Shown here: piece by piece, positions 1-8,587 of the stretch
Numbering within the stretch: the stretch's first letter is position 1
How the letters are laid out: every line of letters starts with the position of its first letter
Assembly: GCA_017539325.1 (NCBI GenBank)
Contig: JAFYHD010000115.1
Location: 1 to 39,123 of the forward strand
DNA: 39,123 bases
Direction of reading: 5' to 3'
From: a bacterium
Lineage (GTDB): Bacteria; Auribacterota; UBA3054
The notes under the pieces: generated by a model
Seen by the model: the letters and a program-made list of their open reading frames with translations, nothing else
Told to the model about the DNA's origin: nothing
Database searches by the model: none
Made by a program: the position numbers and the translations under genes

Positions 1-30
1 AAAAGGCTTCCCTTGCGGGAAGCCTTTTTT
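1..30. terminator. Bidirectional intrinsic terminator-like hairpin
   Basis: aaaaggcttccc-ttgc-gggaagcctttttt: perfect stem flanked by A and T tracts. Confidence 0.75.
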
Positions 31-109
31 ATCGAGCCGAACCCGCGGTCATCGGATTTATCTTGCTAATCGCTCTGGCTTTACAAAGAAAAGCGAAATG
101 AGGCCGCAT

Positions 110-144
110 AAAAAAAGACTTCCCTCACGGGAAGTCTTTTTTTT
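110..144. terminator. Bidirectional intrinsic terminator-like hairpin, related to the one at 1-30
   Basis: aaaaaaagacttccc-tcac-gggaagtctttttttt. Confidence 0.75.
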
Positions 145-155
145 GGGGGTGCCCC

Positions 156-184
156 TTGATTTTGTATAATTGTTCTGATAAAAT
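156..184 (+). promoter_or_regulatory. Sigma70-type promoter with extended -10
   Basis: TTGATT (156-161), 17-nt spacer, TG at 176-177, TAAAAT (179-184). Confidence 0.6.
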
Positions 185-190
185 GTTACC

Positions 191-362
191 GATTCAAAAT
201 TAAAATGTATATTTGATTTTGGAGGCCGTCACTTTTTTCAAGTTTGGCATCAAATATATTCCCCCCCATGTCTCGGTTGGACTTTCTCTACTTATCTCAG
301 TGCATCCTTAAACCGGGACAAATCCCCCCGACAGGAGGCGAAAGCCTCCTGTCTCTTTTTTT
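191..362 (+). ncRNA. Candidate small RNA of about 170 nt
   Basis: Lies between the promoter at 156-184 and a plus-oriented terminator at 330-362; internal stem tgtctcggtt (269-278)/aaccgggaca (311-320); C-runs on both sides of that stem; no convincing translated ORF. Confidence 0.4.
330..362 (+). terminator. Rho-independent terminator
   Basis: gacaggaggc-gaaa-gcctcctgtc followed by tc and a T7 run; the U-tract is only on the plus strand. Confidence 0.75.
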
Positions 363-373
363 AAGCCGGAAGC

Positions 374-910
374 TTAATAGTTTTCCGCTCTGAGCTTGAA
401 GTAAGACTGCGGATGCGCGCAGACCGGGCAGACTTCCGGAGCCTTCTTGCCGAAATGCAGATGACCGCAGTTGGCGCATTCCCAGACCATGTCGCCGTCC
501 TTGGAGAAGACCAAGCCGTCTTTAACGTTGGTCAAGAGCTTGCGATAGCGTTCCTCGTGGGCTTTCTCAACGGCCGCGACGCCGTCGAAGAGCTTGGCGA
601 TGGCTTCGAAGCCCACTTCCCTCGCTTCCTTGGCGAAAGTGGCGTACATGTCGGTCCACTCGAAGTTTTCGCCGTCCGCGGCGGCTTCAAGGTTCTCGGC
701 CGTGGAGCCGATGCCGCCGTTCAGGAGCTTAAACCAGAGCTTGGCGTGCTCTTTTTCGTTCTCGGCGGTTTCGAGGAAGATCTTGGCGATCTGTTCATAG
801 CCGTCCTTTTTCGCTTTGGAGGCGAAATAGGTGTACTTGTTGCGGGCCTGGGATTCGCCCGCGAAAGCGGTCTGAAGATTGGCTTCAGTTTTGGTGCCTT
901 TGAGGTTCAT
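374..910 (-). CDS. rbr: Rubrerythrin
   Basis: [16 protein letters not shown] and EKAH diiron ExxH motifs, C-terminal rubredoxin-like CxxC...CxxC (WECANCG, CPVC); GGAG RBS. Confidence 0.95.
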   Translation of the reverse strand: MNLKGTKTEANLQTAFAGESQARNKYTYFASKAKKDGYEQIAKIFLETAENEKEHAKLWFKLLNGGIGSTAENLEAAADGENFEWTDMYATFAKEAREVGFEAIAKLFDGVAAVEKAHEERYRKLLTNVKDGLVFSKDGDMVWECANCGHLHFGKKAPEVCPVCAHPQSYFKLRAENY

Positions 911-951
911 AATTTCTCCTTTTTAAGTTTTAGGTAGTAGGTAAAAATATC

Positions 952-1566
952 TTAGGCTTCCACAAGCTCGAAATCCGCCGCGCCGTGCTTGCACAGCGGG
1001 CAGATGAAGTCGGGAGGCAGATTCTCGCCCTCGTAAACGTAGCCGCAGATCTTGCAGCGCCAGACTTTTTTCGAGCCCTTCGGCTGCTCCGGTTTCGGCT
1101 TGACGTTCGCGTGATAATAAGCGTAGCTCATAGGATCGTTCTCGGAGAGATTTCCGCTCTCCTCGACCAAACCTATGAACAAAAGATGCGTTCCCAGGTC
1201 GATGACTTGTTTTACGCTGCAGCTTACGTAGGCGCAGACGTTCTTTTTCAGGTAGACTACGCCGTTTTTCGCCCTTGCTGTCTCGATGCCCTCAAACTTG
1301 TCGACGTCCTTGCTGCTCTGGAAGCCGAAATTCTTGATCAGGTCGAAATTGGCCGTCACATCAAGCATGCTGACGGTAAAGACGCCGCTCTTCTCGATCG
1401 ATCCGGCGGTGTAGTTCATTTTGTTGACCGTAAGAGAGATCATGGTCGGCGTGACGGTCACTTGGCAGGCGGTGTTGACAATACAGCCGACGTCGCGGCC
1501 GGATCCGTCTTTCGTCGCGGCCACGAAGAGTCCGTAGGTTATCTTGGCAAGGGGGTCTAACGGCAT
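952..1566 (-). CDS. Flavin reductase-like protein with C-terminal rubredoxin domain (high-molecular-weight rubredoxin type)
   Basis: ITYGLF, GCIVNT, DLGTHLLFIG flavin reductase-like motifs; WRCKICGYVYEG...CPLC rubredoxin; ATG at 1566 follows GAGGTG and is preferred over GTG at 1572. Confidence 0.88.
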   Translation of the reverse strand: MPLDPLAKITYGLFVAATKDGSGRDVGCIVNTACQVTVTPTMISLTVNKMNYTAGSIEKSGVFTVSMLDVTANFDLIKNFGFQSSKDVDKFEGIETARAKNGVVYLKKNVCAYVSCSVKQVIDLGTHLLFIGLVEESGNLSENDPMSYAYYHANVKPKPEQPKGSKKVWRCKICGYVYEGENLPPDFICPLCKHGAADFELVEA

Positions 1567-1573
1567 AAGCACC

Positions 1574-1939
1574 TCAATTTTTAGCCTGGCACTTCGGGCA
1601 GGTGAAATAGACTTTCAGTTCGTAACCGTCCACGCGCGTGGCCAGCTTCGCCTCTAAGGCCTCTTTGCTCTGGAGGGGCGGTACGTCATAGACCTTGCCG
1701 CAAACGGTGCAGACAAGGTGGTCGTGGGGCTCCACAAAGCCATCGTAGCGGTCGGGAGCGTCCTCCATAGGTATCCTACGGACCTTTTTCTCGTCGCAGA
1801 GCGCCTTGAGGTTGCGGTAGACTGTACCCAGAGCCAGAGCCGGCATTCTCTGCCTGGCTCTCAAAAGGATCTCGTCAGCGGTCGGATGGAACCTCTGGGC
1901 GCGCAATACTCCAAGTATGACTTCTTTCTGTCTGCTCAT
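1574..1939 (-). CDS. Fur-family transcriptional regulator, PerR-like
   Basis: HPTADE, GTVYRNL, RYDG, HDHLVCxxC and C-terminal CxxC; first gene of the rubrerythrin operon. Confidence 0.9.
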   Translation of the reverse strand: MSRQKEVILGVLRAQRFHPTADEILLRARQRMPALALGTVYRNLKALCDEKKVRRIPMEDAPDRYDGFVEPHDHLVCTVCGKVYDVPPLQSKEALEAKLATRVDGYELKVYFTCPKCQAKN

Positions 1940-1948
1940 AAAAAAGTA

Positions 1949-1995
1949 GGAATGATTATCACTTTCATTATAAGCTATGACAGGAATAAAGTCAA
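1949..1995 (-). promoter_or_regulatory. Sigma70 promoter of the Fur/PerR operon with a Fur/Per-box-like operator
   Basis: Minus strand TTGACT (1995-1990), 17 nt, TATAAT (1972-1967); gtGATAATCATTcc just downstream resembles the Fur-box core. Confidence 0.75.
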
Positions 1996-2006
1996 GGCTT
2001 CGCCCC

Positions 2007-5000
2007 CTATTTGGTGAAGATCTCGACCTCCGCCACGTGGCCGGCCGGATTGTCCGTGTTCTTGTCGATCCTGATCATGACGTAGCGGGCCTTGACCGGC
2101 TCCACGGTGATCTCGTCGCCGTCCTTGACAGCTAAGCAGTCGTCCTTGCCGCCGATCTCAGTCCAGGAGTGCAGGTCAGGCGAAACCAGGTAGCGGTAGC
2201 TGTAGCGGCGCTGGCCGTCGTGGAAGAAATAGGCGTGCAGCCTGAAGAATTCCGTCTCCTCGCCGAGGTCGATTATCGCCCACTGCGGATGAGGCGCGCC
2301 GCCGCTCCACATGGAGGTGGCGCAGTCCGTGTCGCCGTCGACCAGCTGCGATTCCGTCGGGTTTTCCGAAGGCGAGGTGAAGACCGGACAGTTGTAGGCG
2401 AGGTTGCCGACCTTGCCGGGCATCCTCGGGATGCCCTGGTGCCAGCAGTCTCTCTCCCCTAGCAGCGTGCATTCGTAGATGCGGTTGACTTTGCCCTCGA
2501 AAGTGACTCTTACTTTCTTGATCTGCGTCTGCTTGAAAGTGCAGACGAAAAGTTTTCCGTGGATGGGAAGCTCGGGCGCGGCGGAATCGCCCACCAGCAT
2601 TTCCTCGCCGTCCGCCTTGGTGACGTATATCTTGGCTTTGGCTTCGGCGATGTTGTTGCCGAAGAGCTTCACGCAGTAGGCCTGCGTCGGTTCGTCAAGA
2701 TTGCATTCGAACCAGGGCTCCTTGTCATCGGAAGCGGGACGCCAGAACTTCGGCGTGTTGTCGTTGGCGATGCCGTCGTTGATGGCCCTATAGTCGCATT
2801 TTTCATCCGTAGAGGAAGCGAGTATCGGCAGGAAGGTCATCAAGCCTTCCAGGCTCTTCAGCTGCTGGTCCCTGATCTGGCGCTCATCGAAATTCTGGAG
2901 GCTCTTTTCCGGGAAGCATTCCCAGAGCGGCGTGAAGGCGTTTTCCTTTCTCCAGCTGTCGAAGTGTTTGGCGTATTCCTTTATGAAGCGCTTGACGGTC
3001 GTGTTGTAAGTCTCGACAGGCTTGGGAGAACGCTTGAAATCCATCACTACCTCGCGGGCGGAAAGCGGGATCTCGACATAGTTGTCAGACCCTATGGCGG
3101 CGGGCTTCCCGTCAACGGAAACGCTGGCCCTCAGGGCGAAGTACGGGACCTTGATGAAAACTTTCCTCGGCTTGCCCCAGACGCCGCCCTCCTGGTCGAT
3201 CTTGAGGTCGACCTTCAGTCCTTCGGGGGTTCCCTTGGCGACAAGGTCGACGTTGCCGAACTGCGTGTTGAAGCGCCTGGCCACGATCTCTTTTCCCGGC
3301 AGCGTCCAGGCGGGCGCCACGGCGGACATTAGGTAAAGGTTGCTGACTTCGTCTTCCCTGACCAGCATGTTGCGGATAAGCGAAACGTACTTCACGTGTC
3401 CCCAGCCGTGAGGCGTGAAGTTCCCGCCGAAGTCGCGGTTGCTCCAGGGGTCTAAGCAGAATTCAAAGAAGGCGTGAGTCGAGGAGGTGTGCAAAAGGAC
3501 GCCGTAGAGGTCCTTGATCACGTTCTCGTCGCGGCCGAGGTAAAGGTCGGCCATGGAGGCTTTCATCGTGTTGTAGTGATGAAGGCAGTTGCAGCCAAGC
3601 GCGTTGAACATGATGAGCCCTTCGTCGCTCCAGTCGACTTCCCTTATGTAGTCGATAGTTTTCTTGACGCGCTCGTCATGGCTTCCCATGACGAACGTCG
3701 GATAGCTCGCCTCCATGTTGCCCCAGTGCGCGCCGCTCTTTCCGGTGTCGATGCCGGGAGGAATGAAGCCGTTGGTCGCGATGGCAACGTTGACATGGTA
3801 CATCATGTTGGAGATGAAATTGTCGGCGTAGGCGCGGTACTTTTTCGATTCCTCTTCCTGTCCCAGCTCCTTGGCGCAGGAGGCCATCATCTCAAAGGCT
3901 TTGGCGTTGTAGAAATTGTGCGCCGTGTAGTGGCCGGTGATGCCCTCGTTGTCGTAGGGGCCCATGGCCGGCATCAATTTCAGAGGATCGTTTTCTATGA
4001 TGTTCGTGACGTAGTTGAAGTTCTTGACGAGGCGCGGCCACATCCTGTCGAGGTAATCCCTGTCCTTCGTCTTGTAGTACCACATGAGAATGGCGTAGGG
4101 GCCGATGTTTTCCTGGTCGTTGAAGAAGCGGCCGTCGTCGTGCTGCGTCTTCTCGTAATAGGTGGCGACCTTTTTGCCTTCCTCGGGGAAGCCCGCGAAG
4201 AGCCAGGACCAGCTGAAATACATGGAGTCCCTGGGGAAGAAGCCGGTGTACTGCATTTCGTTGACGCCCTGGGAATAGTAGCCGTTGCCCTCGTCGTCAC
4301 GGGCTATGGCCATGTTGATAAGGCTGGTCCAGAAAGTGGCCTGGACTTTTTCCTCGGGGATCTTGAGGTCAACGGCCCTGAGAAGCAGCTGGTCCCAGTC
4401 TTCCTTGACTTCCCTTAATTTCCGATCGAAGGCTTCCGGATCCTTCATGAGGTTCAGCATGGTGCCGACCGCCGCCCAGTTCGTGGGAGCGTTGGGCATA
4501 AGGAAGACGAGGCTCTTGCTCTCGCCCGGCTTGAGGTCTACGGAATAGTCGGCGATGCAGACCGGAGTGGTCTCGGTCACGGCGTACTGCGAGCCTTTGA
4601 ACGTTCCCTCGTAGGGATGGTCTATGGTGGCGGAGATCTTTCTGGAAGGATCCTGCGGATAAACGGCCAGGATCTCGTCGTTGCGCAGAACGGCGTCGCC
4701 TCTCAGCTCGTAAGTCGATTCGCGCTGGAACGCGTAGTTTCTGCTGGCTTCTATGCGCGGCGTCACGCCTTTGTGGCGCAAGCCGGTTGCGATATACGCG
4801 ACGCCGTCGCTGGTGGAGACGTTCTCCATCGTCACTTTCGTGAAGGCGTACAGCGGGCTTCTCGGGACTCCGCGCTCAATATTGAAGGCGAACATCTTGA
4901 AGGAGTACTTTATCCCCATCTTCTCCATCGAATAGTTGACGATGGGATAGATGTTGTCTTCCAAATAGCGGTTGCGGTTCTGGACGAGATCGAGCTTCGG

Positions 5001-5219
5001 GCCGTACATGAACATCAGTTCCGCCGCCCTGTTGTAAAGGTACCCTTCCGCCGTGACCATGAAGCCTTTGGGAGAGTCCATGGTGCCCAGCTGGTCCGTG
5101 GGCCTGCTGTAATAGCAGAAAGGTTTCTCGATGTCGATCTCGGGCGAGACCATCGGGTGAGCGAGGGCAAAGGAGGCCGTAAGCAAGGCAAGGGCTGCGA
5201 GTATTGAAGCGGATCTCAT
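2007..5219 (-). CDS. Large secreted protein, putative (alpha/alpha)6 glycoside hydrolase-like, with C-terminal discoidin/CBM32-like domains (paralog A)
   Basis: Signal peptide; central helical region (FFPRD, GPYDNEG, HWGN, PHGW); discoidin motifs LVDGD...W...PQWAIIDLG...ARYVMI...EVEIF. Confidence 0.65.
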   Translation of the reverse strand: MRSASILAALALLTASFALAHPMVSPEIDIEKPFCYYSRPTDQLGTMDSPKGFMVTAEGYLYNRAAELMFMYGPKLDLVQNRNRYLEDNIYPIVNYSMEKMGIKYSFKMFAFNIERGVPRSPLYAFTKVTMENVSTSDGVAYIATGLRHKGVTPRIEASRNYAFQRESTYELRGDAVLRNDEILAVYPQDPSRKISATIDHPYEGTFKGSQYAVTETTPVCIADYSVDLKPGESKSLVFLMPNAPTNWAAVGTMLNLMKDPEAFDRKLREVKEDWDQLLLRAVDLKIPEEKVQATFWTSLINMAIARDDEGNGYYSQGVNEMQYTGFFPRDSMYFSWSWLFAGFPEEGKKVATYYEKTQHDDGRFFNDQENIGPYAILMWYYKTKDRDYLDRMWPRLVKNFNYVTNIIENDPLKLMPAMGPYDNEGITGHYTAHNFYNAKAFEMMASCAKELGQEEESKKYRAYADNFISNMMYHVNVAIATNGFIPPGIDTGKSGAHWGNMEASYPTFVMGSHDERVKKTIDYIREVDWSDEGLIMFNALGCNCLHHYNTMKASMADLYLGRDENVIKDLYGVLLHTSSTHAFFEFCLDPWSNRDFGGNFTPHGWGHVKYVSLIRNMLVREDEVSNLYLMSAVAPAWTLPGKEIVARRFNTQFGNVDLVAKGTPEGLKVDLKIDQEGGVWGKPRKVFIKVPYFALRASVSVDGKPAAIGSDNYVEIPLSAREVVMDFKRSPKPVETYNTTVKRFIKEYAKHFDSWRKENAFTPLWECFPEKSLQNFDERQIRDQQLKSLEGLMTFLPILASSTDEKCDYRAINDGIANDNTPKFWRPASDDKEPWFECNLDEPTQAYCVKLFGNNIAEAKAKIYVTKADGEEMLVGDSAAPELPIHGKLFVCTFKQTQIKKVRVTFEGKVNRIYECTLLGERDCWHQGIPRMPGKVGNLAYNCPVFTSPSENPTESQLVDGDTDCATSMWSGGAPHPQWAIIDLGEETEFFRLHAYFFHDGQRRYSYRYLVSPDLHSWTEIGGKDDCLAVKDGDEITVEPVKARYVMIRIDKNTDNPAGHVAEVEIFTK

Positions 5220-5266
5220 TTCGTTTCCATTAACGGGAATGTTACATTAAAATAAAATTAGTGGTT

Positions 5267-5295
5267 ATTATATCAAAAAGTGGTATCACGTTCAA
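5267..5295 (-). promoter_or_regulatory. Sigma70 promoter with extended -10 for paralog A
   Basis: Minus strand TTGAAC (5295-5290), 17 nt ending in TGa, TATAAT (5272-5267). Confidence 0.65.
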
Positions 5296-5318
5296 GGAAT
5301 TTTTTGGCGTCTTTAAAC

Positions 5319-5346
5319 AAAAAAAGGCCCTCCCGAAGGAGGGCCT
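5319..5346 (-). terminator. Rho-independent terminator after paralog B
   Basis: Minus strand aggccctcc-ttcg-ggagggcct followed by a T-tract. Confidence 0.85.
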
Positions 5347-5358
5347 GAAAATATTCGC

Positions 5359-8300
5359 TCAATACACTTCGATCTCGGCGGCGTGGCCGCCTTCGTTGAC
5401 CGTGTTCTTCTCGATGACGAGCATGACGTAGCGGGCGCTCTCCTTTGCGAAATTGGTATCGCCGCCTTCCTTGCAGTAGTTGCTGCAGAGGTCGTCCATT
5501 CTCCCGACTTCCTTCCAGTCGGAGAGATCTTTCGAGATCCAGCAGGAGTAGCCGTAGTGGCGGTGGTCGTGGGAGTAGAGGTAGGTCTTGATCTTGGAGA
5601 TCTCCTCAGCCTTGCCGAGGTCTATTATGGCCCACTGCGGATGCGGCGGCGCGCCGCTCCAGTAGTTGGGCTCGCTCGTTGTCTCGCCGTCCACCAGGAA
5701 GGTCCCGACGTAGCCTTTTTCGTGCGGAGAGGTGAATACCGGGCGCCCGTAGGCCAAGTTTCCGCCCTTCTTGTCCCCTCTCAGGCCGCCTCTTTGCCAA
5801 ATGTCGGAGGGAGAAAGCAGCTGGCATTCCGAAACGGTGAAGCCGCCGCCCTCGAAAACGACCTTGACCTTTTTCACCATGGTGTCCGGGAAGAGGCAGA
5901 CGTAGAGGTCGCTCCTCACGGGGATGGCGGTCTTTTCGGTGGATCCGACCAAAACTTCCTCGTCGTCCTCGTTCACGACGAAAACCTTCACGGCGGGCTT
6001 GTCAAGGCCGCGGCCGAAGATCCTCACGCAGCCGGCCAGAGCCGCCGATTTCAGTTCGCACTCGATGCTGGAAGTTTCCTCGCCGGGCGCCGGACGCCAG
6101 GCCCTAGCCTGGTTGGCGTCGGTGATGCCGTCGTTGACGGTCTTAGGTTCGGTGCCGTTGGCGCTGGAGGAGGCGGTGACGGGCTGGAAGGTCATGATGC
6201 CTTCCTTTTCTTTCATAGAGGCGTTCTTCTGCTGGCGTCTGGGCATCTTCTCCAATTCCTTTTCCGGGAAGCATTCCCAATTCGCTTCCGTCAGGTGCTC
6301 TTTCTTCCATTCGGCGAAGCGCCTGGCGTATTCCTTGATGTACCAATCGACTGTGCTCGCGTAATCCTGGTACGGCCCTTCCGGACGATCGAAGGTCAGA
6401 ACCACTTCCTTCACGTCAAGGGGCACTTCCACCTGTCCGTCGGCGATCTCGGCGGGTCTGCCATCCACCGTTGCCTTGGCGTTCAAGGCGTAATACGGAA
6501 CCTTGACGAAAACATTATTGGGCTTGCCCCAAACGCCGCCGTTCTGCTCGATGGCAATGTTTATCTTCATGCCTTCCTCGGTGCCCTTGACGACAAGGTC
6601 GACGTTGCCGAAGAGCGTCAGGAAGCGCTTGGCTGTGATCTCCTTTCCGGGCAGCGTCCAGGTGGGCGCGGTGGCGGAGAGAAGGAAGAGATTGGTGTTC
6701 TCGTCTTCCCTGACCATCATGCTCCTAACGAGTGAGAGGTACTTCACGGCGCCCCAGCCGTGGGGAGTGACGTTGTGCAGGAAGTCCCTGTTCTGCCAGG
6801 GATTCAGGCAGAACTCAAAGAGCGCGTGGGTTGAGGAAGTGTGCAGGAGAACTCCGTAAAGGTCTTTGACGACGTTCTCGTCGCGGCCCATGTAAAGGTC
6901 CGCCATAGAAGCCTTCATGGTGTTGTAGTGGTGCAGGCAGTCCCAGCCAAGGGCGCGGAACATGATGAGCCCTTCGTCGCTCCAGTCGTTCTTCCTTATG
7001 TGGTCGATGGTCTTTCTGACGCGCTCGTCTTTTGATCCGAAAATGAAGGTCGGATAACTCGTCTCCATGTTGCCCCAGTGCGCGCCGTTCGTCCCGGTGT
7101 CGATGCCCGGCGTGATGTAGCCGTATTGGTCGACCAAGCCGTTGAGTCGGCCGACGAGGTTGGAGTAGAAGTTCTCGTAGTAAGCGAGGTAATTTTTCGA
7201 ATCCTCTTCCAAGCCGAGGTCTTTCGCGGCGGAAGAAAGGTATCTGAAAGCTTTGGCGTTGTAAAAATTGTGGGCGGTGTAGTGGCCGGTGATGCCCTCG
7301 TTGTCGTAGGGGCCCATCTTCGGCATAAGCTTCAAGGGATCATTGGCGATGATGTTGGTCGTGTAGGTATAGTTCTTCATCAGAACAGGCCACATCTCCT
7401 TGAGATAATCCAGATCCTTGGTCTTCTGGTACCACATAAGGATGGCGTAAGAGCAGATGTTCTCCTGGTCGATGTAGAAGCTGCCGTTCTCCAGCTGATA
7501 GCGCTTGTACTGATCGACGACTTTTCTCCCCTCGTCCGGCATGCCGGCGTAGTACCAGGCCCAGGTGAAGTACATCATGTCGCGGGGCACGAACATGTAG
7601 TACTGCATTTCGTTGACGCCCTGGTAATATGTGCCGTCGCCCTGGTCGTCCCTTGAAATGGCCATGTTCATGAGGCTGGTGTAGAAAGCGTTCTCCACTT
7701 TCTTCTCCGGTAGCCTCAGTTCAACGGCCTTATTCAGCAGCTTGTCCCAGTCTTCCTTGGCTTCCGCGAGCTTTTTGTCGAAGACCGCGGGATCGAGGTA
7801 GGCTTCCAGTTCGCTGATCTCGTCAGGGGAAGTCGGCATATTGGGATAGAGTATTACCACGCTCTTGCTCTCTTTGGGAGCAAGGCTGATCTCATAGCGG
7901 GCGGGACACCAAGGGGTGGTCTCCAGGACCGCCTCCTCGTAGCCGCGGAAAGCGCCTTTGTAGATAGTGTCGATGGTGGCGGTGACGTGTCTTTCGGGAA
8001 CATCCTGGTAGAGCGCGATCACTTCGTCGTCCCTAAGCGCGGCGTTGCCCCTGAACTCGTAGAGGGAGCCTCTGCTGAAAGGATAAGCGGAGTTAATGTC
8101 TATACGCCTGGTCGAACCTTTGTAGCGCGTGCCGACGCCGAAATAAGCCGTGTTGTCGCTGTCGGTAACGTTCTCCATAGTCACTTTGACGAAGCAGTAG
8201 AGCGGGCTTCTGGGGACGCCGCGTTCTTTCGTGAAGGCGAACATCTTGAAAGTGTATTTCACGCCAAGCTTCGTCAGATCATAGCTCATGATGGGATACT

Positions 8301-8574
8301 TGTCGTCCTCGAAAACTCTGTTGCGGTTGTGCGTCGGCAAGTACTCCGGCCCGTACATGAACATCAGTTCCGAAGACCTGTTGTAGAGGTAGCCTTCCGC
8401 GGTCACCATGAAGGCGTACGGCGCGTCCCAGACGCCCAGCTGGTCGGTCGGGCGGCTGTAGTAGCAGAAGGGCTTGGCCTCGTCTATTTCGGGCGACGCC
8501 ATGGGGAAAACGGGGACGGCCAGGGACGGAACGGAAGCAAGCAGGAGCGCTAAAACGAGCGGATATTTTTTCAT
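5359..8574 (-). CDS. Large secreted glycoside hydrolase-like protein with discoidin/CBM32-like domains (paralog B)
   Basis: Colinear with 2007..5219; identical blocks such as KPFCYYSRPTDQLG, GPYDNEGITGHYTAHNFYNAKAF, LHHYNTMKASMADLY and PHPQWAIIDLG. Confidence 0.65.
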   Translation of the reverse strand: MKKYPLVLALLLASVPSLAVPVFPMASPEIDEAKPFCYYSRPTDQLGVWDAPYAFMVTAEGYLYNRSSELMFMYGPEYLPTHNRNRVFEDDKYPIMSYDLTKLGVKYTFKMFAFTKERGVPRSPLYCFVKVTMENVTDSDNTAYFGVGTRYKGSTRRIDINSAYPFSRGSLYEFRGNAALRDDEVIALYQDVPERHVTATIDTIYKGAFRGYEEAVLETTPWCPARYEISLAPKESKSVVILYPNMPTSPDEISELEAYLDPAVFDKKLAEAKEDWDKLLNKAVELRLPEKKVENAFYTSLMNMAISRDDQGDGTYYQGVNEMQYYMFVPRDMMYFTWAWYYAGMPDEGRKVVDQYKRYQLENGSFYIDQENICSYAILMWYQKTKDLDYLKEMWPVLMKNYTYTTNIIANDPLKLMPKMGPYDNEGITGHYTAHNFYNAKAFRYLSSAAKDLGLEEDSKNYLAYYENFYSNLVGRLNGLVDQYGYITPGIDTGTNGAHWGNMETSYPTFIFGSKDERVRKTIDHIRKNDWSDEGLIMFRALGWDCLHHYNTMKASMADLYMGRDENVVKDLYGVLLHTSSTHALFEFCLNPWQNRDFLHNVTPHGWGAVKYLSLVRSMMVREDENTNLFLLSATAPTWTLPGKEITAKRFLTLFGNVDLVVKGTEEGMKINIAIEQNGGVWGKPNNVFVKVPYYALNAKATVDGRPAEIADGQVEVPLDVKEVVLTFDRPEGPYQDYASTVDWYIKEYARRFAEWKKEHLTEANWECFPEKELEKMPRRQQKNASMKEKEGIMTFQPVTASSSANGTEPKTVNDGITDANQARAWRPAPGEETSSIECELKSAALAGCVRIFGRGLDKPAVKVFVVNEDDEEVLVGSTEKTAIPVRSDLYVCLFPDTMVKKVKVVFEGGGFTVSECQLLSPSDIWQRGGLRGDKKGGNLAYGRPVFTSPHEKGYVGTFLVDGETTSEPNYWSGAPPHPQWAIIDLGKAEEISKIKTYLYSHDHRHYGYSCWISKDLSDWKEVGRMDDLCSNYCKEGGDTNFAKESARYVMLVIEKNTVNEGGHAAEIEVY

Positions 8575-8587
8575 TAGTCCTTAAGGT

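Noticed and set aside
268-393. 41-codon plus-strand ORF
   Set aside because: Preceded by a C-run rather than an RBS, crosses a terminator and overlaps the end of rbr
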